DNA of 64,000 nucleotides from Lingula anatina. Taxonomy: Eukaryota; Animalia; Brachiopoda. Location of the stretch: assembly GCA_051362555.1 (NCBI GenBank), contig CM120640.1:60118788-60182787 (forward strand). Reading direction: 5' to 3'. Position 1 is the stretch's first letter, and every line of letters begins with the position of its first letter. Position numbers and translations under genes: made by a program. This document shows positions 31,255 to 43,429 of the stretch, one piece after another. The notes under the pieces are model-generated. The model saw only the letters and a program-made list of their open reading frames with translations. It was not told the origin of the DNA and made no database searches.

Positions 31255-33000
31255 GGGATCGGCGTCGCATCCACGACCCCCTTCAAATAATCCTGGACCC
31301 GCCACTGTTTACTAACTAATTGTGTTTGTGTACTCAATCTTTTAGGCCGACGGTTAGGAAAAGAAACCATGGCAGTTTTAAGTTAAAATCGCTGAAACTT
31401 CATTATGTTATTCAAAATAACGAACAGAGACAAGAGTAAAAGTACAGTCTTTTCCTCTGCCAGGATTAATGCTATTGGTTAATTAATTAATGGTTAATCA
31501 TTAGTTAATTTTTTGTCTGTCGGTCTGTTAACAACATTATGCAAAAAGTCGTGGACAGATTTTGCTGAAATTTTTGTTACTCAATTGATATTAGTTCATC
31601 ACTATTATTGATAAGAATTGAGGTCATTAATTATAAAAGACTAAAATTTAATGATTAAATCATTTAGTTAATAAGTCAATAATATTAAATATTGAGAATT
31701 GAGCTGCTTTGGGTCTGTGCACTCAAGAGTGCTTTCCTTGTTTGATATGTATTTCTTCAGAAACCGACCACCCTCACATATATGCCCTGAAGACTACAAA
31801 ATTAACACTGGGTTACCTGTGGAATCTAAAATACTCCTCAGAAGTTGGTTTGCTGAGCATAAGGCGTTCCCATACCCCTCAAAGGAAGAGGTGGCTATTC
31901 TTGCTGAACAATGTAATATCAGCATTTTGCAGGTAAAAGTTAGGCATACAACTTACATCTTGTTATTCTTTGTTTATAATTGTACTATAGCTATGTTCTT
32001 TCCTCAAATGAAGCATTTTATTTGTTATATTTTAATATTTACATGTTTAAAAAATAGAAATTAAAAGAATATGTCAAGTCTGTTACACTTTCCATACCTT
32101 TAATTTTTTTTTATTTTTGTGTTAGGGGGGTGCTAGTTTCCAAACTCAACAGTCAATTTTACTTGGAACAAGGATATTATCTATTGTGTTATTTTCAGCC
32201 ATTCATTGACATTTAGGCTGCCTTCACATGAAAAATCTATTTTCTAACAAGGCAGCAAAGCTGTCAAATGTACAGACAAAAAACAGAAAATAAAGATGCA
32301 AAAAAGGTCATTTTGTCAATTTTGATGCAATAATAAATAATGCTTATAATAGCACTATCAGTCACCACTGAATTTTAATCATGCACAACAGGTAAAATGG
32401 TCAATAACATGAGCGGACCCAGAGATATTCTCTGACAGTATTCCAAAGTATCTATTTTGATCCATCCTCCATTTTGATGGTCTTCCAACAGAAGAAAAAA
32501 TAGATACCAGGCAATATAAACTTAATAACCTGACTGTCTTCCGGAAGTCCCAGAAGATGGTCTCAATCTACCCTTTCAACAAGATTACAGTTTCAGGACA
32601 ATGAGAGTTCAAATTCACATGATGAAAGTCTCAATATTTGAAAAATGATGACAGTGCATAAAATAATATTACATAAGTAACATAATGTTTAAAGACATAA
32701 AAAAACAATACAACTGCTTATGTGGAAATACAGAAATGTCGGAGTCTCAGGGGGATGAGAGTTAAAAGTCACAAATGCAAGTCTTTGAGAAAAAATTATA
32801 AAGGAAAACATAACAAAACCAGAAAAGCACTCCGAGAGTCCTCTTTGGCCCACTTCTGACAGTTCCTGAAAATTTCAGCAAAATCAGTCCATAATTTTTT
32901 GAGTTATGTTGATGACAGACAGGGGTGAAAATATAACCTCCTTGGCAGAGGTAAATATAATTCCAATAAAGCTGCTATTCAAACTTTTAATCTTTCAGTT

Positions 33001-33049
<49 letters not shown>

Positions 33050-36000
33050 TTATTTGCAATATTTAACAAAATTTACCTGCATAATTATCACTGCTTCCTT
33101 ATTATTAATCTAGCAGAGAGCTTAACCTATAGGAGTTTACAGGGAAATATCAACAAGTGTGCTTTATGTAATCTCAAATCACAAGTGTGCTTTATGTAGC
33201 CTATCAATTAGGCAAATTACTTTAAAACTGAAATTAGCTAAGTGATACCCAAGGGAAATTTATAGACTGACCCTCTCAAAGGTCTTTCAGGCCCATAAGT
33301 CACAACTTAAGAAGAGCACACAACAATAATGCACAAAATAGGAGACTACCACTTCTGATGCAATAATACATTATGTTTAACTGCACAGTCAACATCAAAT
33401 TTTAATTTTGCACAACAGGTAACACCGACGAAAGTAAAAGCATAAGGCTTCAGGCCCATCAGAGTTCAAGTTTATACTTAGAAAGTGCCAGAATGAGAAA
33501 AATGAAATATCACACAAAATTGCATTAAATTCAATAATAAATGATAACCCAATTGACCTGGCTTTCTAATTTGAACTGCATGCCAATCCTAAAAATCATA
33601 CTCTTAAGTTAAATATAATAAATAATATAACACAGTTTTCTTTTCATAATGTTTGCAGTAGCAGTGCATAAAGATTATTGTCAATTTTGATGTAACATTA
33701 CATAATAAATTATAGAATAATTATCACCAATTTTTGATTATTGACTATAAATAGCATGAACATGTAGAAAATTTGATTACCATCCGGCTTCATGTCCATG
33801 GGAGCTCCGAGTCCCACAATGAATATGCCAAAAAGATAATGAATATTTCACTAAAATGTATAACTTCCAGAAAAAGAAGCCCATTAGACTGCTTTTCCAA
33901 CTCGGGATGCATTTTACTCCTGTGTTTCTTTTTTGAAAGTTAGACAATCATAAGTAACATGGTTTTCCCATCATGGTCATCATGGCAGATGTGGATGATT
34001 GAATCTGACAAACTGCAATGATAGGAGTTTATTTCCGTTTTGGACACTTGATTACACAATACATGATAACAAGTTTACCATCATTTTTACATAATCAACT
34101 AACAATGTTGTAAAGATGCAGGAAATATCAAACAAACACTTTTACGTATCTTATTAGTTCAATAATGAGACTGTTAACATGCCTAAGAATTGAATCTGAG
34201 GAAATTTGAAAAAACAGTACAACTTCTAAAATAATGGCCCGATAACGCTGATTTTTGAACTCAACCTGCATTTTTGTAAGATTGACCACTCCTGTGAGTA
34301 TAATGACAATTGGCTAAGCTGTTTTTCTTATATTGTGTTATTAATGTTGCATATATGTTGAAAAAAGTGAAAAAACAGCATAAAAAATAAAAGAAAATGT
34401 AAAATAAAACATAAAAAAATAAAAATAAAGCTGCTATTAAAACTTTTAATCTAGCTGTACAATTACTAACATGATATGAATAACCCTATTGAGTTTGAGA
34501 ATAATAAGGCACTGTTATTCATCTTTAGCATTAATGTAAGCGTTACACAAATTTTTTTTTGTGAACTTATTTTCCATATTAAATAACATTTACCTGCATA
34601 ATAATCATCGATTCCTAATTATGTGACACAGTTAAGAAAGCTAAACCGATGGGACTTTACAATGAAATCTCAATGTGTGTTTATGTAATCTCATTTAATG
34701 CCCACTTGAAAATTAATTAAGCAAATTATTTTATAACCCTGGATTAACTGCCTACTATCCATATACATTTATTGCACCAAATAGCACTGTACTGCATTGC
34801 TTTCAAAACAGAAAACAATTACGATGGTTTTCCAACACAAGCTGCACTTCAGTCTTTTCAGTAAGGTTGATTATCATAAGTAACATGGTTTTCCCTTAAT
34901 CGCTATCCTGGCAGCAGTGTCCAAAATAGGGTTTTCTTTAACTTTCATGCAATGTAACATAATACTTAACAACATAATGACCATCAATTTTTTTATAAAA
35001 AAATAAAAGTATCATGGATATTCAGAAAATGTGATATGGAAAGGTCTCCAAGGACATAGAAGTAGGGGTCACACTTTCAAAATGCCAAAATGTTAACAAG
35101 AGATAACTGTACTGAAATGATTTTCTTTCCATTTTCAACACCTTTTTTACATAAAACCATAATCAATTAACTGTCATTTTTAAATGATCAACTAGGAAAA
35201 TTGTTGACATAGGAAAAATATCAATAGAACAATTTATAATGTCCAATTAGCTCCATTTGGAGATTCTGAACATAGTGAATGATTGAATCTGACGAACTGC
35301 AATGATGAGTTCCTTTCCATTTTTGATACTTTATTACACAATGCACGATAATAGGTTTACCGTCATTTTTATATAATCAACTAACAATATTGTAAAGAAG
35401 CAGAAAATGTTAAAACAACACTTTTAAATATCCAATTAGTTCCGTAATGAGACTGTTAACATGCTTAAGAATTAAATCTGAAGAAAAACCACTTATATAC
35501 AAAAAGGCTTATAACTTCATCAAAACTTAACTGATCAAGCTTATTTTCAAACTTGATCTGTATACTGGTCAGATTGATCACTCCTGTGAGTTGCAAGACA
35601 AAAGGCTGATTGGATTTCCTTAAAATGCGTTATCAGTGTTGCATGTATGCTGAATAAAGGGTAAAAAACAGCATTACTTTTGTAAAAATAGTCCAATCAT
35701 GCCAATTTTCAAACTTGACCTGCGTATTATAAATATTCACCAGTTCTGTAAATTTCAATCCAAAAGGAAAAACATTTTTACACTTATCATGTTATCGGTG
35801 TTATAAAAGAGCTGAAAACATTAAAAAAAAAAAAAAAACAGGATAACTTCCATAAAAATTGCCCGATCTTGCCGATTTTCAAACTTGACCTGCGTATTAG
35901 GAATATTCATTAGTTCTGTAAGTTTCAAGCCAAATGAAAAAACAGTTTTCCACTTATTGTGTTATCAGTGCTGCATATATGCTGAAAAAAGTGAAAAAAC

Positions 36001-38037
36001 AGCATAAATTCCCTAACAATAATCGAATCATGCTGATTTTCAAACTTGACTTGCGTATTATGAATATTTATCAGTTCTGCAAGTTTCAAGCCAAAATGTA
36101 AATTGGTTTTCCACTTATGGTGTTATCGGTGCTGCATATATGCTGAAAAAAATGAAAAAAAAAAACAGCATAAATTCCCGAAAAATGACCCAATCATGCT
36201 GATTTTCGAACTTGATCTGTGTATTATGAATATTCATCAGTTTTGTAAGTTTCAAGTCAAAAGGTAAAATGGTTTTCCACTTATCGTGTTATCAGTGCTG
36301 CATATATGCTGAAAAAAGTGAAAAAACAGCATAAATTCCCTAAAAGTGACCCGATCATGCTGATTTTCGAACTTGACCTGCGTATTATGAATATTCATCA
36401 GTTCTGTAAGTTTCATACCAAAAGGTAAAATGGTTTTTCACTTATCGTGTTATCAGTGCTGCATATATGCTAAACAAGACAGCACTGTTCTGAAATGGGT
36501 TTATTTCCATTTTTAATACTTTTTTAACATAAAACAAAATTAACATTTTACTGCCATTTTTATATGACCAACTAAGAAAATTGATGAGATGGGAAAAGTA
36601 TCAATAGAACAGTCTTTAATGTCCAATTTCCTCCATTCTGAGTTTCTGAACATAGTGAATGAATGAATCTGACAAACTGCAATGATATGAGTTTATTTCC
36701 ATTTTTGAAACTCTATTATACAATACATGATAACAACTTTACCATCATTTTTACATAATCAACTAACAATGTTGTAAAGATGCAGGAAATGTCAAACAAA
36801 CACTTTTACGAATCTTATTAGTTAAATAATGAGACTGTTAACATGCCTAAGAATTGAATCTGAGGAAATGTGAAAAAACAGCATAACGTATAAAATAATG
36901 GCCTGATTATGCCGATTTTCGAACTTGACCTGCGTTTAGTAAGATTAATTACTCCTGTGAGTTTCATGACAACAGGTCTATCGGTTTTCCTTGAAATGTG
37001 TTAACAGTGTTGCACATATGCTGAAAAGTGAAAAAAAACAGCATAACTACTAAAATAGTGGCCCGATCATGCCAATTTTCGAACTTGATCTGCGTTTTAG
37101 TAAGATTGATTACTCCTGTGAGTTTCATGACAACAGGTCTATTGGTTTTCCTTGAAATGTGTTAACAGTGTTGCATATATGCTAAAAAGTGAAAAAAACA
37201 GCATAAATTCTACAATAATGGCCCGATCATGCTGATTTTCGAACTTGGCCTGCGTTTTATGAATATTAGTCAGCTCTGTAAATATAAAGCCAAAAAGTAA
37301 AACTGTCTTCCACTTATGGTGTTAACGCTGAAAGTGCACGGCGACGGCGACATGATCGGCGACGGTGACGACAAACGCAGGTGATGGCAATATGTACAGA
37401 CACATCTGTGTCTGTACATAAAAAGAAATTAAATATTTTTTGACTAAGGTATTGTAAGAGGGTTCAAAAGAATGCAATTTTAACATCTGGTAAATTTAGG
37501 ATGGGAAAATGATAAATAGATAAGTTTGTCAAAATGGGTGAACATGTAAATTGGCAAAAGCATTAATTTACTTAATGTTTTTTGTTTGTAAGTTTTGCAG
37601 TTAAACATTTGAAGAGGTTTGAAAACATTCTGAAGTGGTGGAAATGTGCATCAAGTATACACAAGTTTAAGCTGCTCTATGGTTCTTTCATATTTTAGGT
37701 AAAGACATGGTTTGCAAATGCTAGAAGGCAAATGAAAAGCAAAAAGAAGAAACTTTTCCAGGAAACTAGAGCTTCCATCATCAATCAAAAAGATAAAATT
37801 CATACAACAAACACTGAGGTAAATTACAAATTTCCATTTATAGCATTTAGCAATTTTGATCTTTTAAAAAATCTTATGATGTTATTTGGTGAAAACTGTG
37901 TTTACATGTACAAAACACAATATTTAAATAAACATTTACTAGTATTGTCTCATTTACTTTTTTGTCTTGTGAAGCTATTGACATTCTTTTTATTCTATAA
38001 TTCTTCAAGAATTAATTCTATTAATTGTTTAAATAAA

Positions 38038-38097
<60 letters not shown>

Positions 38098-39753
38098 GAG
38101 CCAATTTTCCAGCAGCACCAGGTTCAGTCTGGAGGCTTATTTGAAGCATCAACCTCTAAAACAGTTCAAAATCTACAAGATGTAGCATATTGCAAGGATC
38201 ATCAAGAACTGGTGGCTCCACATTCACAGCAGGGTCTGAAAGTACAAAGTATCCCATTCCGAGGGAATTTAGCAGTCTTACAAGGGAACACATGCCCAAG
38301 AGATCCTGCATTCCTTCAGAAAAATAGCCATGAGGAGAAGCCTGCTGTGCTTCAAGATAACAGCTTTCAGGCTGCAACTACAGATTTTCAAAAAAACGAC
38401 TACCAGGGTGATTGGGAAAGCCCATTTATTACAGCAATGAGTTACCAAGAAACCCCCTGTTCAACAGTTTGTGAGCCACAAAAGCAACCTGAAAACACCC
38501 CTCCAGATGCTAGCTCGGACTTGTCAGATCATGCAGTCCCATATGTCCTCAACATAAGCAATTTAAATGTCAGAAGAATGAAGGAACCAGATCAGCTTCA
38601 ACTGGAAATTTTGGACTTAACAGAGGTACTTTTGGATGACATTTCTACAGGCCAAACTGCCCAGGATGAAAGTGAACCAATTACCCTGCTCGATCATAGC
38701 AATATCTTTTCTACCCAACCTTTTATCACTTATGCTGAAGAAAGGACCCTGGTGACTAGCAGAGCGGACTCCATCACACACTTGAGTAACCCAACCACAC
38801 AGTTGACTGCCACATGCAGTGATGGTTCAGTTACAAGTCCTATGACAATTTCTGAAACCCTACATGAAGGAGATGCAAGTTCAGCACCCTTAGATCAACC
38901 ACTGGCTACAGGTTTCACTGGGTCAGACCAGTCAGTTCAGGTACAGGATGTGACAACACTACCAAACTTTAATATCACACAATGTACATTAGAGGGATGG
39001 AATGGAGTCGCTACGCCATCTCCATCCACTTACCAATCCAGTAGTGTACACCACAGCAAAGATAGCCACAGATCTAAGCCTAAGTTCACCCCATCTGGTA
39101 AGATGTCAACCAGATCTACACCAGAAACACTATCCACACAAAAAAAACCAAATACTCCACTCTCAGTCTACCAGCCATATACTATTGCTCCTTTCTACCA
39201 GTCACCACTGAAGGCTGGGACTCATGGGCCTACTACATCAATGAACAGACTGGAAGCTATGGATCTTGATAAAAAACTGGAGCAGGACTCAGAGCTGTTA
39301 CAAATGGTCCCCAACTTCTCAAAGAGGCACCACACTCAAAGTCCTGGCAAAAACCCAACTTTAGAAACAGAGACAATTTTTAGAACCAAAAACAATGAAA
39401 ACAAAAGGTTTCTATTATATACTTTTTAAGTAATGATAATATCTTATTCTTAAAATTTAAACACTGTAAAGTCAAGATTAAAGCTGAATCATCTACTATT
39501 TACAAAACAGGAATAAAGTAAACCTTTCTTTCTACTTCAGACAAAATAATCTTCTTCAAACTAGTTTGCATACTTATATTTTAGGAGAAAGATGGAGAAA
39601 GGGCACATGATGAAGATACATAAAGATGCAAGACAACATGACACACCTACCACTCCTCTTCTTAGAGATGCTGAGCAACAAGAAATAGCTCAAGTTTTAC
39701 TCGACTTGGCAATGAATTATAACAGCCCAAACAACCAGGGATCACCAACTTAA
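29758..39753 (+). CDS. SIX-domain plus TALE-type homeodomain protein, ANHX (anomalous homeobox)-like, ~724 aa, 6 coding exons
   Basis: Exons 29758-30054, 30959-31080, 31761-31932, 37699-37818, 38113-39407 and 39585-39753 join in frame. SIX-like LWFQSLYAEKELEIGRPLSAVTRFRIRQRNRPP, homeodomain LPVESKILLRSWFAEHKAFPYPSKEEVAILAEQCNISILQVKTWFANARRQMK, a long S/T/Q/P-rich region, and C-terminal EIAQVLLDLA. Confidence 0.88.
30593..30658. repeat. (AT)n microsatellite
   Basis: Pure AT run. Similar runs lie at 33003-33042, 38041-38096 and 43387-43426, and (CA)n at ~30195-30224. Confidence 0.97.
31212..31253. repeat. poly-G tract (42 nt) inside a small repeat fragment
   Basis: Homopolymer next to an element-end-like CCTGGACCCGCCACTG (31292-31307). 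Confidence 0.85.
32850..32955 (+). mobile_element. fragment of a second HINE-like family nested in the larger element
   Basis: Ends GACAGACAGGGGTGAAAATATAACCTCCTTGGCAGAGGTAA. A related reverse-orientation fragment lies at ~31452-31575. Confidence 0.5.
35660..37330. repeat. ~160-165-bp satellite-like arrays (~5 units 35660-36470; ~3 units 36870-37330)
   Basis: Recurrent AAAACAGCATAA...CCGATCATGCTGATTTTCGAACTTGACCTGCGT...GTGTTATCAGTGCTGCATATATGCTGAAAA. Confidence 0.9.
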
Positions 39754-40709
39754 TCAAAAGAGTAAGAAAGAGTTCCATTTTTACTGGTCCCATTAATGTA
39801 ATATAGTATATTTTATATAATTAGGAATTTAAACATTTTGAATTGCACTGTTTTGATGTTCTAGTTATGTTATTTTGAAATTGTTACTTTGTTAAGTTAT
39901 TTATTACATTTGTTGTTTGACAAAATCATTATTCATGGAGGTAAAAGTTGATTGCACTTTGGCTGTAATCTTTAGATTCTTTAAGTTTGTAATCTTGAAG
40001 TTGTAATTAAAAAAAAAATTCTTAAATTCTTGATTTATAAAATTATAACTTTTCCATTAAATATTAGTAACATTCATGCATAGAATGGCTAAGTACTGAT
40101 ACCGTTTTGAACTTTACAATTAAATAGAAAAATATTTATTTCAAGTAATTCTTACATAATAAGGACAGCTATATAATTCTAAAATTAGCATTAGGAATAG
40201 CATACAAGTGAATATAAGCTTGTCTTAGATTTATTACTTGAGAGTCTTATCTCAAAGGTTATGGCATATTGTGTATGTAACAAACAGAAATGCACAACAG
40301 TCAGTTTAAATTTCAAAGTTTGAAGGATGAGACGGTCAATTAAAACAAATTTGGGATGTTTTTAATTACCATTTAATCACTATTATCTTCTTTTTCCTTG
40401 GTTTTTGTTGTTGTTAAACAAATAAATAAATTCTAAAAAACATTGAGTAGTAGTTCTTATTCCATACAAACAATTCCACATGACACAAAGATGTAATGCC
40501 TGTTTAGAAAACAGATGACCAAGATGTCACTATCAACTATTACAAAATAAATAATAAGCACCAGGGAAAACTTCATTCTTTGTGATCACCAAACAGTGAA
40601 TGTACTGTTTGGTGATGTTCCTTAATAAACTTGTCTCATTTCTTGTTACAATTCCAGAAAATACATATACATAAATATATTGCTGAATACTGCTTTTATT
40701 GCCCAGTTG

Positions 40710-42493
40710 TCATCTTGTTTTTATAATCAGCCAAAGTACAAAGAAAACAAAGAGTGAAAAGAGCAGCAGGTACCAAATAAACTTGTTGTGTCCTGCTCTT
40801 GCCATTGCAGTCAATCGTCCCATTGTGGCACCCAATATGCCACTAGAATTATCCATATCGTTATCCTAAAGAAAACAGAATGTTACAAAATTATGTTACT
40901 AAAAAGGTAGTCGCATGTAAAATTAGAATGTATAATAATACAGTATTACAGAATATGTCTACTGTTTCTAAGGCATAGTATATTGTTTTTGATTTCAAAG
41001 TCTATACTGCACAGAAAAATCAACTGTTCATCACAAATATTCAAAATAAAAAAAATGCTGCAACATAATTCTTGAAAAAAAGAGATAATTCTTCGATACA
41101 ATCATTTAAGTAATTATCATCCCTATCAATATACGTGATTGAAACAGTGAGTATATAGCCATGGAAAAAATCAGTAATCATAGATTAAACACAACAGCAA
41201 TGACACCAGATCAAGCAGAGTGTAAATTTATCTGGAAGCATTTTGTAATACACTTGTACAATAATAACATTATATAATATTCAAAACTACAGATGCATCA
41301 CTTACAAAATCATTTAAGAATTTATTCTGCTCTCTGACTTCTGTCCCTATGTCTATTGTTAACTGAAATGAGAATGGTAAAGAAAGAATTTTGTTATCAT
41401 ACTATGAGTATTGTTGAAAATCATTTTTCACAAGTAACTTATTCAACTTACTGATCTACTGAATACAATTATCTCTAATTCTCCTCTTCATAAAGAAATC
41501 AATCAATCAGATCATTAAGGTGTTGGGGAGTATCTGCCTTTGTCTAGGAAAATGTACAATCATCTGAAATTCAAAAATGTTTAAATCTTAAGACAAGCAA
41601 AAAGTGTAACTTATAATAACATACTGATTTTAGAGCTTTAACTTTGTCTGACAAACTGTTTGTTAAGCTGTCATTTTCCTCTTCTATCATTTGTGACTGT
41701 CCATATGAGCCATCCCCTAAAATAAAAAAAGACCTGTTGAAAGCTAGAAATGCACAATGGGTATACAATTTCATGGCAGCATAACTGGTAGACAAGAAGA
41801 TAAATGTGAACTTATTCACAGCATTGTAGATGCACTAGAGACTGGCAGGCTTTTTATTTCAGGAGAGCGCGACTTGGGGAGGGGAGTGGTAAGCAGAAGA
41901 TTTGTGACCCGCCGACAAGCAGCTGAGTTGTTAGCTGTTCATCATTTTACAGTTATAGGCCCTTAAATATTTCATGCCTCAGCACAAATACCAGTTTTAC
42001 ACATCATACAGTGTAAAATAGGACTGCCAACAAATCAAATAGTAACAGGGTAAAGTAGGAGATATACAAAGAGTATATTGGTCAAATAGGGAACAATGTT
42101 ACCACCTGTACCTTTGGTTAGACTACAATAATAACAAATGCAAGAGAGGTGTATATAATAACATCTCCACGATTCAGATGCACACCACAGATATGAATTT
42201 TGTAACACAAAATTTATAGTTAATAAAAATTTTAATACACGTATCGTTTCATAACCTTGTGAATTCATCTTTGATATATTTATAATCTGAGGGCCCTTTT
42301 AATTAAAAATATTTTGAATTGATGTTTCTGGACGTGTGACTTTTGAACTCAATTTAAGAGTGAAGATGCCTTTGCACCGTGGCAACTGCAACTTGTCTTT
42401 TTTTATCTTTTTAACCACTGGAACGATTACATTCAGACAATCATTCCAGACTGTCTACCTCATAGAGTTCTTACCGGCATGTGCTCGCCGCAT
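40710..42493 (-). CDS. BET1: BET1 Golgi Qc-SNARE, 4 coding exons, 107 aa
   Basis: Exons 42493-42475 (MRRAHAG), 41716-41625 (EEENDSLTNSLSDKVKALKS), 41362-41306 (LTIDIGTEVREQNKFL) and 40865-40710 (C-terminal TM WYLLLFSLFVFFVLWLII). Confidence 0.92.
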
Positions 42494-43097
42494 TCTCCTG
42501 GTCAAAATGTAAAGCTAGTTTGTAAAACACTATTCGATTTATTTTGTACACGTCTCGCTTGAGCTTCCTTCCAACCTGGCGATTTTTGTAATTTATTTTC
42601 CGTTCTCCACTTCCAAAAGAACGTCCTTCACCTTGTTAGTACATGTGACTGGGCATTCTTTATCCCACCCTCTGGTGAGATATTTAAACAATTGTTTTAC
42701 AGTCCAATTTTAGTTTTAGAAATATAAATAGATGGATATTTGCATAGGAAAAGACACATTTGCTTTATTATTTGATGGTTCTAAAGGCTGCAGTAAAATG
42801 TTGTTATGTTTGCAAAAGGGGAGGTTGATGGAACAGCCCTAACCTCGCCCATATTCCAAATAGAACTGAGGCAAGCATAGTGTGATTGCGAGGCAAATGT
42901 TTACATTTATATTTGTATTATAAATTAGGCACGTCACTCCGGATCATTGTATCTCCGTTTTAGAGTGATTGACCAACTTGTGCTGAAAGTTGTGCGGATC
43001 AGCGGTCATTATACAGGGTGCTTTAAAAAGAACCTTACTGCTGGAGTCGACTCGGAGGAAAAAAGTTTTTTCAAGTCCCGCCATCTTAGAGCTAACT
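42494..43097. promoter_or_regulatory. probable divergent promoter BET1/EPS8 with a putative non-coding first EPS8 exon ending at 43097
   Basis: CpG-richer patch, YY1-type CCGCCATCTT at ~43078, and a strong + strand donor CT|GTGAGT at 43098. Confidence 0.45.
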
Positions 43098-43383
43098 GTG
43101 AGTAGGGTATAGTGATTAGTTGGAGTATGATTTATGTAGGTTAAAATATGTGATAAATTTTGCCATCAAATAGTTATACTTATGAACACATACGTCCACT
43201 ACTGGTAAATGCGTAGATGTTATAGTACTCGCATTCAACTGAAATGTAAAGCTGTTTGAATTATCAGGTGTTTATTTCACAAGTTCAACTTTAAAACATT
43301 TTATGATAAATTCAGGGACACAAAACTATATTTTGAAATCTTGGCAAGGATAACATCGTCTTGTTTAAAAGCTGTTTGAAATG

Positions 43384-43429
<46 letters not shown>

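Larger units (their letters stand above)
32246..37424. mobile_element. non-autonomous Helentron/HINE-like element with internal tandem repeats, in the homeobox intron
   Basis: The start AACAAG-GCAGC-AAA-GCTGTC-AA-ATGTACAGAC shares ATGTACAGAC with the terminal perfect hairpin TATGTACAGACACA-TC-TGTGTCTGTACATA (37391-37420), which is followed by an A-run and preceded by GACGGC-type simple repeats. No coding capacity seen. Confidence 0.7.

Noticed and set aside
31161-31370. Poly-proline ORF (and RE-, F- and YI-repeat ORFs at 27663, 28780 and 32906)
   Set aside because: These are translations of homopolymer or microsatellite tracts.
35660-37330. Regularly spaced repeats as a CRISPR-like array
   Set aside because: Eukaryotic intron, whole units are repeated with no unique spacers, and no cas genes are present.
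37732-39429. 565-aa ORF as a standalone gene
   Set aside because: It is exon 4, the intron and exon 5 of the homeobox gene, reading through a (TA)n repeat.
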